A stretch of DNA of 61,913 nt, the filler included, from Sphacelaria rigidula (Eukaryota): assembly GCA_964200075.2 (NCBI GenBank). It is 11 parts of 11 records of this genome, joined end to end, with 100 filler letters (N's around TTAATTAATTAA, not from the genome) between each part and the next. Parts side by side here need not be neighbours in the genome. Positions count along the whole stretch, not along the records: positions 45,103 to 50,639 come from CAXNAA020026523.1; positions 50,740 to 56,276 come from CAXNAA020026524.1; positions 56,377 to 61,913 come from CAXNAA020026525.1; 8 more parts are not named here. The stretch is one strand, 5' to 3'. Position numbers and translations under genes: made by a program. Below the pieces are notes generated by a model that worked only from the letters and a program-made list of their open reading frames with translations, was not told the DNA's origin and did not search any database. The stretch's first letter is position 1; the number at the start of each line of letters is the position of its first letter. Shown here piece after piece: positions 48,101-60,600 of this stretch.

Positions 48101-50215
48101 GCACCCTGTGGGGCGCACTGTGCAGGGTCCGTACAGGGTCGTCCACAGTCTTCGTGAAAAACCCTGACAGTGAAAACGCAAATCTGTACCTGTCGTAGCT
48201 TTTAGTCGAAACCCTGCAAGCAACCCTGTGGAGAGACCCTCCCAATTTTGAAAATCCCAAATTTTCGTTATTTTTTAATTCTTCATTATTTTGGTACAAA
48301 ATCTGTAAATCTATTAATTTTCAATAGCTTGTCTTTCTGTTCGAGATAAATTCATTTTTGCCCGATTCAAAACGGGCGTAAAGGAATTTATCTCGGGTAG
48401 GAGGACAAGCTATTCAAAACAGATCATTTTCTCGCCCAATTTATATGGGAAAAACAAAATTAATTTCGAACAGCTGAAGAATCTATTCAAAATATATCCG
48501 TTTCTCGGCCATTCAAAATGGAGAAAAAAGAAGCATCTATTTCGAACAGCTTTTTCTGCTGCGCAAATCCCATGCACTCTAGCAGATTTGTATTTTGAAC
48601 AGCAGAATAAGCTCGAAATAAATCTTCACTTCGCCCTTCAATTCATCCGGAAATTGGGCAAAAAGATATTTATTTCGAACAGTCTCAGCTGGGCATATCC
48701 CGCATACTGCACCGTTATCAGCGTATGGGATCCGACACGCGGAAAAAAGTGTTGAAAGTAATCCATCCCTTTGCCCCCTGGTTCATGTACACAGGGGCTA
48801 AAGGATAAAAAATTCTCAACAGCTGTTGCTGAATAGATATCCAACACACTGATTACGAGTGTATGTCCACATGCCTACTAGCTTAGATACGACGCTTCGG
48901 CTCGAGGCGTGGATGCAGGGACGATGGTATATACCTCACATATGAGTCCACATAGCTTATGAAAAACCCATGGTCCGTAGTCTACCAAAATCACTGAAGC
49001 GAGCATGCTTTTGTTTATGGAGGTTTTTGCTTAAAAGTTATTAGAAGCACAAAATATTGGCATTGCCAACAACAAATCAGGTAGCTCAATGTATGCAGCT
49101 CTTCACACGCCCGAGTATGCAACCGTGAGTTCAATCCCTGGCACCACAGTTTCTCGGTCGTTTTTTTCTGCCAGTACCATGCCCATGCTGTATGGAGTAT
49201 ATCATATGTGCGTTATGAAGGCTATACAGCATATGAACAACAATGAACAGTACTCGGGGTGACGAAACCCTGTGAAGTGCACTGTGCGGTGCAAAAAAAC
49301 ATCCTACAGCTAAATCCCCGCGAGGAACACTGCCCACTTTCCCTGAATCCTGTAGACGTGCCCCACAGGGTGCTATCTGTCCATTTGTATCATCACCAGG
49401 TAAGGGTCGTCCTTCCAATCCGATTGGTGCTGCAGCTTGACAAGCACGGCTTGCTCGAAATTTTCCGGTGCCAACCCCTCCACCAAAGCCTCAGTGATTA
49501 CTGCTGCCGGGCCGGGAATGAACTCACCATCGGGGGAACAATATTCTAGTTCTATGTTCGGGTTTTCCGTCAAGAACTTCTCCAGATATCCAAGATGGGC
49601 TCCACACGCTCCAACATCGTTTACCCCCGAGAATCCATGGCGACAGCTTTCGCCACGGCCGCGGACGCTTGGGTCAGATCTACCTCGGCGCCCACCGCAT
49701 GGCCAGCATGCTTTTCGATCGCCGCAACCAACTACGGCGAGGTGATGGTGCTCTCGTTATGTTCCAAACAAGCGAACACTCTTTGTACACGAGTGGGCAC
49801 TTGTGCCATAGTCACCACCTGATGCCGCACGGCATCCACTGCATTAGCGTGCTCCACAAGCCTCTCGTACTCCAAGTATTCTGTATAAAAAGTGCGATAT
49901 GCACTCTCTGAGTACCTGTACCTGTCTCCGTCTTGGGGAGATCGCAATTCTTCCCGCATGATCAAGGGTGTCACAGTGGACGTACCTCGGGAGCCGGTAG
50001 CCATAGCTGTAGCTGTAACCGGCTACCTCCGAACCTCTGCAGGCCAGCAGACCTTCGCCAATTGCACTTTCCTTGCTTCGTCACCGCACCACACAGTTGT
50101 AGGAGCCTCCGAACTCCCGCTGCACGCAGCTTCAGCAAGTCTCCAGTCTGGATCAATGACAGACCAGCCGCCTTTCTGCAGCCGCCTCCGCTGGAACCCT
50201 CTCCACGCGTCGGTG
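45103..50215 (-). mobile_element. gag-pol: Ty3/gypsy family G1, internally deleted: leader, gag (50004, split by an insertion), protease, RT/RNase H remnants, integrase
   Basis: Degenerate knuckle CYRYGQVGHYARDG; VLDSGA; RT start; HMRNAGHRG...CLHC; YDFLYV, WVSDTATHF, NGTCERMV; TWTGP; PR-RT-RH-INT order. Confidence 0.93.
48085..49389. mobile_element. 1305-bp non-autonomous CMC/EnSpm(CACTA)-like DNA transposon inserted in the gypsy gag
   Basis: 30-bp TIRs, 27/30 identical (CACACGTGGACAGATAGCACCCTGTGGGGC); 2-bp TSD TC; subterminal ACCCTG repeats; removal restores gag LVMSTVV. Confidence 0.85.
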
Positions 50216-50739
50216 GGTTATCAGGTTCCCACAGCTACTAAACTCCTTCCGTCGAATTCCTTTCAGCAGAGCTCTAGCACTAACACCAGCACTAGAACTA
50301 ATAATATCGATTTTGTGATGCCAGCCAGTGGAAGCACTGTTGAATCACTGCTGTTGAAGGACTGCCCAGTCTTACTGGCCGCAGTTTCAGTTGTCGGCCT
50401 TGACGATATTTCATTATTCAGGAGTAACGTTCCAGGCGGCTCCATAAACCACATCAGGGTATCACCCCGGTGTCCATGTCATCACCCATATCATCACTAC
50501 AGACCCTCAGTCATCATCCAAAAACAGTGGATCCTAGAAAATGAGGTTCATACAAAATACGGGGTTGAAGTGGCATTTCTCTTTTGCAGGGAAGACGCGA
50601 AACACTTGCGTCCGAGCGAAGCCATCTTCCCCCCCAAATNNNNNNNNNNNNNNNNNNNNNNNNNNNNNNNNNNNNNNNNNNNNTTAATTAATTAANNNNN
50701 NNNNNNNNNNNNNNNNNNNNNNNNNNNNNNNNNNNNNNN

Positions 50740-50808
50740 AATGGACACAATCCCGGGGAGCGGTTGATTCTCATTTCAAAATACGTTCTCATTTTTCTGG
50801 CAACCCTG
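50740..50808 (-). mobile_element. DNA-transposon terminus (...CTGGCAACCCTG) at contig start
   Basis: Its last 30 nt are the reverse complement of 5509-5538. Confidence 0.6.
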
Positions 50809-50814
50809 ATATTA

Positions 50815-51126
50815 GGTGAAGGTGAGGGTATCTATCGTCTCCCCTTGCCTCAGAGAATGCCCGCACCCAAATTCGTCTCCATCCGCTGAATGCATCGATC
50901 GGGGGTTTCATAGAAATTTTAGTATGGACGCCATCTCCGATTGGTATAGGAATTCCTAGACATGGGGTTCAATCAACGAAGAAATATGGGCCCAAGCTTT
51001 TGAGCAGATAGGAACCTTCCCCTTGGGTAGACGATTAATACGATATGTGGATCACGGCCCAACTCGTCTGTGTCGATGAGATGTTGCTTTTAGAGCTTAA
51101 ATCCGTTTTTCGGCTGGCCCAGCTCG
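50815..51126. mobile_element. Family A element, partial copy
   Basis: Colinear with ~7025-7331; ends CAGCTCG|TA. Confidence 0.7.
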
Positions 51127-53367
51127 TAGGGCTCATTATCATCTAGATCTACTGTTGCTGTTAAATATCCCATTATTGATGGTGCCGATTTCGTCCTTTG
51201 CTTGCCTTCGCCGGCAAACTAAAGGACAGGGTTATGCTACCTGCCCGTGTATGGCGTTCATGACTGTGGTAAACATCTTTCTCACAACCTCTCTGTGACA
51301 CGGGGGGGGGGGGCAGTCGGGCAGGCTAGGGCATGATCGACCGGCTCTCTCGGGATGCTGCAGCAGCACACATGAGTTAAAATACATTTTGTATAAAGCC
51401 CCGTGCATAGATTGCAGCATGCTTGCTTTCTATGAGTTGTATGCGCAGATACACTCAATCAAACCACCAGCTATACACTTTTCAGACGGTGCGGTAGCGT
51501 ACACTCGTTGCAGCGCTGCAGGCAAGTAGGTAGCTACTGGATTGTTTCTGCTCTTCACTTCGAAAGCACGTCTGTCTGCAAACGACAACCACCGTGCTTG
51601 GCCCCAAAAGCTCTGACACCGCTGCCGGGGCACGCACCGTCTAAGGAGATACCGTAGATACCGCCAACCCGCGGGGCTTTTTACTCTACGACATAGCCCA
51701 GGGGTTCACTCGCAAGGTTCCTGATTATTCTCGCATGCTTGCGAGCGCCACGGCGTGTGCCAAGGGCAGCTCTGCGGAGTAGTGCGCTGCGGTCCGAAAT
51801 ATTTGGCGTTCGCCAAACGTGAAGACTTGGCGAAAACATTTAGCCGCTTCATGTTCGGAGAACGCCAAGCGCCAGGTACGGAAACGCCTAAAATCTTGGC
51901 GATCCCTGAAAACACTGTGTCGATAATAGAGAGTTCGGAAGATTTCGTTTCTGATCATATAGTCAGAGTGTAGAGTGGAAGCGTTGAAACTTCAGATGGG
52001 ACGCTAAAACGTTCATAGCGGAAGCTGATGTGACGTGGCTTGATGTGGACGTTTTTTTCCCGCAGTGATTGGCCGCAGGTTGTGCCGCCAAATGAATGTG
52101 CGATAGCCCAGCGTGCAGTCAGGTGCAGTCCGAAAAAGCACCAGCCAACACAGAATTTGCTGTACTATACCCTGCTGTCAGGGTAGAAGTCTTCTCTCTA
52201 TTCCCAAATATAGGTTCAACTGTTTTTATGGAAGTCAGCCGTCTTGATCGCACACAGTTCAGAGGAAATGCCGGCACTAATATGCCAGAACGAGAAAATA
52301 TGCTTTTTGACTCTTCTTTGAGTATATTACTGGTGACGCCCCGATGTCGTTGCTCTATAATTATACTACAAAATCACCCAAAACCAAATCTTCAAATCAG
52401 AAACCAAAGACCGTAAAAGAGGAGTGACCCGCGGGGGTGAAGACCAAAACCCTTTTGGTCTTCCCCTCTGTGTCTCTTCATCTCTTCAATCGTACTTGCC
52501 CACCTAACCTGTGATGTTAACTCTAAAAGAACCCAGTCTTCAGTCGTCGAACACATTCAAACAGCTGGTTTATGCTGTACAAAGTCCAAGATCAGATTCA
52601 AAAACGCTCTATTTTGTGAATCTACTCTTCAAGATACCCCGTCTGCTCTGACCTTCCGATCCGGAACGCAAGTTTTTCTTACTTTCAAGATCCCAACATT
52701 GAATACGTCAGTGTGCTTATTCCCCGTAGCCGGAATAATGCCCACTGAGCCTTAAAACACCACAAAAACCTTTTTCATACCCGGACAAAGATTATTTTAT
52801 CATGTTTTATCCCGATTCCCCGATGCATACGTTTATATTTTCAAACAAGAACTGGTTTAGTTCCAAACCAAAAAGCCTCCAAGAGCTTCGCTCACCACAT
52901 CAGCCCATTCTGTGAACCTAAATTTCATCTTTTTCTGAGATAAATTCGGTGAACAAACTAATTCAAAAGCCAAAACCTCTGGTGAGCCTCAATATTCCCG
53001 ATTGATACTCAAACCAGCCACCCCAGAAGCTTGAATATTACAAAACAGACTCCCCCAAGATATCGAACATTCATTATTGTATCCGGATTCCTTCCCCGAA
53101 AACTCCACAAATCGGTCCCCTTACTCAAAGATACTGCCTGTGTTCAACCTACACAATCATTCAACAGTCAACTCTAAAGTAATAACAGAGGAAAACACTC
53201 AAACTAAGATGAGAAAATTAGTCAAGCCATTTCATTGTTCTCCTGGCGCAGCTTCATCTCCTTCTCGTCGTCGTGTACCGATGCTAAAACCACCCCCAAA
53301 TATCTAGAATCTTGTGATGTCCGTCTTCAATTCCGATGATCGTCGATGGTCTCCTCCAGTGTTCCAG

Positions 53368-56276
53368 CTACAGCGTGTGTGCAAAGAATTTTGAAGTCCT
53401 GCGCTGCACATGAATATGCCAGCACCAATCCCCCACTCGATTCCTTTCTGCGCTCAGATTCTCCGGTAAGAGGTGTACGTTGTATCTCTTCCCCAAATCC
53501 AGCATCCTCAGAGTGTGCGGGCGCTGTTGTGACGCCGCATCCTCTTGCAGACCCATCACCTGCGCTAGAAGCCACCCCGCCGACTGCATTCGACAATATA
53601 CGTAACAACCGACAATTTGCGGGTCATAAACATGCGGACCAGCAGTGGCATTGCTTTTCAACTCATAGCCCTGAGCCACAAACATTTCTCCCCGTTCCCT
53701 AGCCCCCGCTCGTCTCGCCAAGTTTATTCGGTACTTTCGGTACTTCGAGTTGTCTGGCTTGTCCATCCTAGGATTTCCCATCCAATACGTCAAAATTACT
53801 CGTCCATATTGTTTTATGTCCTCCTCATGTTCCCACCTGGGTCTCTCCAAATTCTCCCAATATGATAGATACTGAACGGAGAGTTTTCCCCCCCAAACCA
53901 CGAGATATACGGTGACTCACGATTTTTGTGGGCTTCAGCCTATACATGTCCAGCTGTATCGACACATCCTCCTCGGTTAGGTGTAACGGAGGGGATAGTT
54001 CCGAATATTGATTCAACACATACTGGCTTAACCCCCAGGGTAGAGACTTCGGCGGCTCCGCTTCATCTTTTGGATTGAAGCACCGCTTACATCTCAGCAC
54101 AGAGACTCGGGGACTCATGATTGCCCCTGGTTCATCTTTCCGGAGTTCAAGCAACAGTAGTTTTTCTCCCACGATATCACCCTTTCCCGAAATACCTGGT
54201 CCCACCACCAAGAGTTTATACGGTCCTCGCCAGGAATGTGACAGTTTCGACGATAAAGCTGTTTTTCCCCCTTCGCGTACCGCGTTCCCCCCGGACATGA
54301 TAGTGCCCTTGGAGTCATACACAAAAACCCAATTGCCTACCTCCCACTTCGGTTTGAGATTTAGAGCTTCTTCCACCTGCTCGTTATTTGCTTCGTGTTT
54401 GGATTTTATCAAAAAGTCCTCCTGTTTCACAAGGTCATATGCTTTAGTTTGACGATCCTTCATCAGCTGCAAATATTCGAGTTGGTCCGCCTTGAGTCCC
54501 TGATGGCCCATCACACCTCTTCTCTCTAGGATTGCCATGGGTAACCTTGGATATCTCCTGATATGCACCTCATTCGGCGCTAACCCTATTCCTCTACTTA
54601 CATTGTTGTTATGAGCAGAAATTGCGTGTAACAATAGCTGGTCCCAGTCTTTCTGGTCATCTGCTACCAAGTACGACAACATCTGGCATAGCGTGTGGTT
54701 CAATCGCTCCACCATCCCATTAGTTTGGGGATGATACGCACTCGTGTATTTTTTCACAGCCCCCAACATTTCATAGACTATCTTTGCCACTTTAGCTGTG
54801 AATTCCGTTCCTCGATCCGACAATAGCGTGTGAGGACATCCCCAGCTCGGGATGTAGTCGTGCGCTAAAATGTTCGCACAACCTTCCGCTGTCTTCTCTT
54901 CTTTTGTGAGCGCATACGCTTCCGCATGTCTACTAAACAAGTCCACCATCAAAAGAATGTAGGTATTCCCTTCGTTGATTTTGATAACGGGCCCAACAAA
55001 TCAAATGAAACCATCTGCCCTGGTTGACTCGGCAGTGGTGAGGAAATAAGAGGCCATCTCACTGTATGCCTCGAATTTTTCCTGGCCTGACATGTATAAC
55101 AACGTCTGATCCAGAATTTTACACTGTCCTTCATTCCAATCCACCAGTAATATCGCTTCAGCAAAGATAACGTGATACCTTCCCCCAAATGAATGGCTTC
55201 TTTGTGAGTTTGGTCCATTACCCAAGGTCTCAAAAGCAGTGGCACATACGTTCTGGTAGGCTCTTCGCCTAAATACCTCTCGAACTGTCCCGGATTTCGG
55301 TCCAGCTGACTGGGTATTGGTGTCTCCTTTTTTACTAACAATAATCCTCCGTTCGAGACCTCCACAAGTGTTCCCTGTTTCAATAACCTTTTGAACTCGG
55401 ATAGATCGATTCGTGTGGGAACCCCCTTTTCTTGATCTTTAGTCAACACCGTCACTTGTTTCTTCAGATATTCGATGACTGTTCTCGACGTGAGATCTTC
55501 CTGCTGAATTTGTGCCCAGTCATTTGCCGATTTCTGGCATAACCATTCCCCAAAGTTACAAGCTTCTTCTGCTTCGAGAGTCGGGTGTACCGTTGTTAAT
55601 GGTTCCGCACTACTGATTTTTTCGTTGGTCGTGGGTTCGATGACTAACACGGCTCTATGTTCTTGAGGTCGCAGTAGTCTTCTCCCAATTTCCGTGATCG
55701 GACACGCATCCAAAATTAATCCTTGTTCCTATTGTCCTCTGACCGTGTCACTAATCTGTGGACAAATTATTGGTGTGTCATCTTTTACCACATACGAAGA
55801 CTTTTCCACCTTTCCACTCTCCACCCGTGCACTGATACTATCTCTCGCTCTTTGTAGCTCGATCCATTTTTGGTCAGCTTTTTCAGAGGTTGTGAGCGGT
55901 ACTGCACTTACTTTTCCCCCCCCAATTTTGAAAACTGATCCAGGGTTTAGCCCATTCAAGTTTGAATCGTGGGTGTTCACTACTGACCCTACATGTCCAA
56001 CCCTGGTCGAGTTTTTAATAATTCTCGGCCATGTTCCACTTGCGCCAATAAAATAGACATCCACGTCTCTCGGGTCCGTTATTCGGGCATCCCCAGACAT
56101 ATCGTCATCATCCGGCGGTTGTGGTAAGCGAGACAACATATCCGCATTCGCGTTCACGCGTCCTGGCTTGTACTTGATTGTATAAGTGTACGCACTTGAA
56201 AAGTCGTGCCATCGCTGAACCCTTGGAACCTTTTCTGCAAGGCTCAATAAATTTCGCAAAGGTTGGTGATCAGTAT
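53368..56276 (-). mobile_element. pol: Ty3/gypsy pol 3' part: RNase H end, long linker, H2C2, integrase core, GPY/F, chromodomain and C-terminal extension (few frameshifts)
   Basis: TDHQPL..YKPGRVNANADMLSR; HKEAIHLG..YYWW..CYTCQ; FDLLGP, SDRGTEF, NGMVERLN; WRGPY; IVSHR..QYLSYWENLERPRWEHEEDI. Confidence 0.95.
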
Positions 56277-57681
56277 NNNNNNNNNNNNNNNNNNNNNNNN
56301 NNNNNNNNNNNNNNNNNNNNTTAATTAATTAANNNNNNNNNNNNNNNNNNNNNNNNNNNNNNNNNNNNNNNNNNNNCAGGATGCCCTTGTCCCCTGGTCA
56401 TCATCCAGGATCCACTATATACTCAATCGTGTCGGCGTGATTTCGCCACAGAGTGCAATTTCGAGAGGAGGCGCTGGTGAAGTATGCGAAACTCGGTACT
56501 GACTAGAAACATCATAGGCACGAACACTATTTAGACCACACGCGTCGGGTATCCGAGTGCTTCCTGATTCTGCATTTATGCAGCGTAAGGATGGGCGTTT
56601 TTCAATTTCGGGTTGTTCCTCAATGTACTACAAGCTGTCTGTCAAGGCATGTATTGCATACACCTCCTCGACATACCGCTCGAACTGTATTGAACTTCTC
56701 TCCAGTGTGACAAACATCCCTCCAACGCATATGAGTAATGCAGAGATATTTTGTGTTCGAACCAGCAACCGCACGTGCTCCCATTTTCACCAGACTGTAT
56801 CAAACACCACCGTAGCCAGCCCAGTACTTCGCGCCAGCGCACCACCAAAAACGGTAGTCTGACAACCCCATGTACCACCCGATAATTTTCACTAAACTTG
56901 TCCAGAGTATAAAATGGTGGTTGCATGCCTTCACGATTACATCCTAAATCACGGTGTCAGCCTCCATACTTGATCGCCGGCCCGGTGTTTGATATTTAAC
57001 AAAACAGGAAAAGAACACACAGCCTGAAGGAACTTTCTCTTCAGCCTCCGGTGATCAACTGCTCCACAAGAATGAACTCAAGCCAACCACGGTTCCCGAC
57101 CACGCACCAAAGCGTCAGCGGTGCGGTCTCGTTTCATGTCACGCGGCCAGCGGACCCACACCTCAAAACCGAGTGAACGTTGGCCGGCGCTAGCTCAGGC
57201 TTGTGGTGTGGGTACAACGGGTCCGATCAGTCCTGGGTCGTTGGGTAAGATCCCGCGAAACCACGCGTGGGTGTAGCTCTCACGATGAAGAATTTTGGCG
57301 TTCCATCATTGGAATTGATCACTCTAGTGTACCACTTCATCGTTCAAACTGTTGGCAGCTACCTCCTCCCCGACCATCGGGGTGGGAGGCCACTTCTTCT
57401 GCAGGTACCCACATACCGAGAGAGAAGCTGCCTCGCGGTATTGTGTTGCTGCCCCTACGGCTATCCATCATATGGTACATGTTAGCCCAGACGTCCACAG
57501 GGCGTCGGGCCCGTTTGTAGTTGAGCAAAGTTATTCTACTGTGGATCATGATCACAGAGAACCCTCGTTTTCCGTTGCTCTACGGGTTGGAGAAGGACCC
57601 CCGGCAGTGACCCGGTCGGTGAGCCAAAAGCTCACACCATCACGAACACTCCCGCGAACTTCCCAACAGTGACAGGTCACG

Positions 57682-60600
57682 ATGGTATGCCTCAGGTGTG
57701 GGATGTGCCGCTACCGCTCTCTGCCCCCCCCGCTGACCCCTGAGCCAGCACCAAAAAAGAGGTCGAGGCGGAACGTCTTGAGCCACAAGTCCACGCAACC
57801 TGCTGTCGGTTCGTTGTCGCGTTCACGTGTGCGTCCGCCAGTGGCGACCTCACACCACGATAGTCTCACGCGGGAAACAGACGATTCGTCTCCTGCAGTT
57901 CCAAGTTTGGCACCCGGCAACGTGTCTCCCGATAAATCCGAGGAAACCGTGTCTATTTCCAAGCAAGTGTAAATATTTTGGACGTGAGTTCCGCTGATGT
58001 AGACACACAAACCACGTCCGACGGCGAAAACTAGTCGCCCCTTTTGTCCACTACTGTATATGATTCGGCAGACACATCGCAGTGCAGAGCTGAAATTTCT
58101 GTCGACCACGCACTTGGGACATCCACTACCGAGCCGGCAGTGCATGCCCCCCCATGCCGACATTACAGCCGACCCGCCTCACCCACGACGGTCACCAGTA
58201 ATAGTCGCACCCCCATAGCGGTCTACGAGATACGTAGTCCTGACGCCCCAACATTGAAGAACACCCAAGACCAGTGCCCACATCTCCAGGCCCCACAAGA
58301 CCACCCCAGAGTATATCTCAGTGCCAAACTTCAGGAGGTACAGCGAACACATATCGATTCGTTGCCAGAAATTGGCCCGGATCTTACGAGTGGCGTTGTC
58401 ACCTTGGACGATGTGTCTTTCACAAGTAGAGTTGGAGTTCATGGTGGGTCTTGTGCAGACCGTCAACTTATGGCCTGGCATTACCGGACTCGGGCTCCCC
58501 CCAGACCTTTCTCACCGCCAGTTGCTGGCAGGACAAGCTCCGCACCGGCGCGGCCGATGACAAATGTCTGTCCGCTGTCCCCCCCATGCACCTTCGGTGG
58601 CTTCGGGTCAGGTTCTGCTTTCGAGTACCACCAAGGCTGTGCAATAAAGTGCTCAGCTCTTCAATGATACGCACCCCATGGCACGACCGTCTGTTTGAGC
58701 TTTGATTGTTCCACACAATGCCATGGCATTTGATGTTTTGTTGGACAGAGAATAGCTGGCAGCGTTTTCCGACACATATGTTCGGACAGGAGGATGTATT
58801 TGCGAAGAACGGACGGCAGAATTTTTTCTGAGGTCTCTGCAATGATTCGAGTTGTTGGGGTATGCGTCGGCTCCGCTTTTATTTACAACTATCTGATATA
58901 TGTCCCCGCACCAGTACCACTTCCCAAACTAATCTCGAGCAAAATGCCGACTGTTATGCACCAGTTTCGGCTGACACAAGGATTCTGACCGCGTCGGACC
59001 TCAAAAACTGTTGGATTGTTTCCAGCCTGAGCGGCGAGCAAGTTTTTTGCGCCTATGGAATGACGTTCCACCACACCTGCCACATCACCTTCATTCTCGA
59101 CGGTGCCGGTTGTACTGAAGCGGTCATCGACAAACTCCTAGATGTTCTGATCCGCTATGCCGCGCGATTTTCCAGCACACCTCTGGATTTGGATCGATGC
59201 ACGATGGCTCCGTTTAAGATCAACGTGCCATAAGAAACACCGCCCATCGCCACACGCCCGTATCGCACGAAACCGCTGCTGGCTGATGAGGTATAAGTAG
59301 CCATGAATAGCTACCTACTGGCGGAGGTCATCTGCGTACGCCTCCACGGAGACTCCGGGTTGTGGCATGAGTGGGCTGAAACCTGTTGGAAATATTTTGT
59401 GGCTTGTGGTGTTTGGTACTGTTCTCGAAATAGACCGACTGCTATCACGAAGACAGTAGTATAGCAGAGGTTGCACAGTGGTAGTCAAACCACTAGCTTC
59501 TGCAGCAGACCGAAAGTCCAAAGACAAAAATGGTGTTTGGGGCTCTTCACTTTGGCCGAACAAAATCAAGGCAGCCTCTTTTGCGAGCACAGTGCTGAGG
59601 AAATGAAGAAGAGCTGGGCAAGCTTGGTAAGCTTGGGAGAGTGATTGCAAGGGCGATAGGAACCACCGATTACAAACATGATCAATCCTGGAAGAAGAAT
59701 CAAACACTCTACACGTACGTGGGGTCTAATCGTATCATTTGACTCAACCCCGCTGCTGGTGACGCGGTAGCCTTGTCAGTTCTTGAGCTTGGATCAACTG
59801 CAAACTTGCACACAAGACATGTTTCAGCTTACGTTGCCTTTTTATACTCTGCTAGAGCATCTTTCAGTGACAAATCATGGCAACACGCCTACTCCAGCAG
59901 TATCCTACTTGAAGCGTCATTCAAACAGGTAAGCTATAAATCAACACAGAAGAGGTACTCTCGGTGAAAAAGATACTAATGAAACATTTTTACATGGTTC
60001 GTTGTTTCGTTGAACCGTAATAGATTATACCGCTATCTTATGTTGCAACGACTTCATTCAAGCACAATGAATATGGACTGAATCGTCTAGATTTTTACAA
60101 CAAAACCGAGACGTCAGGTTTCGAGCATGAGTGGGCTGACACTTTCTACCCCGAGAACGGCGCTCGGTGGTTTGCCCCCTTGATCCCTTCCTTTGATTTC
60201 TGGGATGCTAACACCCATGCAAGTACCATACTTCGTATCTGGATATGCCCTTTTCCGAGTGACGGGCTGCCGCATGAATGTTGCCGCCGCACCGGAGCTC
60301 ACGGTCCCCCGCATTTGTTTTCACTGTATAATACGCGATATCATTTCTAGTAGAACGAGGGTACACAAGAAGAAAAAATGAGCTTGTTTTCCTGCCCAAG
60401 ATCGGGCGCGAGAGCGATTAGCCGAGCCTGCGTGCCGCGCAACAATAAACCACCTGTCCCAAAATTGCCCACTCCCGTTCCCCTCAGCGGATATCCTCAG
60501 ACCGTCGGACGGCGCCGGGCACCCACACAGCACGGAGTTGTTGAGCTGGCACGCAAAGGCGAACTGCGCATGGATGATTACGGTGTTATACGTTTGATGC

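Noticed and set aside
49892..50639. Plus-strand ORFs of 170-270 aa over the gypsy regions (also 47448-48101, 45261-45788)
   Set aside because: Antisense shadows of GC-rich retrotransposon sequence with no independent motifs
52439..52463. 11-bp hairpin GAAGACCAAAA-CCC-TTTTGGTCTTC as a terminator
   Set aside because: Eukaryotic context; the inverted repeat is real but no function is supportable
5539..56376. Regularly spaced TTAATTAATTAA every ~5638 bp as a biological periodic element
   Set aside because: Embedded in N runs; an artificial six-frame-stop contig linker
59268..59316. Hammerhead ribozyme (GAAAC and CTGATGA nearby; also CGAAACGTC at ~34527)
   Set aside because: The required stems I-III could not be formed; 59284 lies in RT-derived coding sequence
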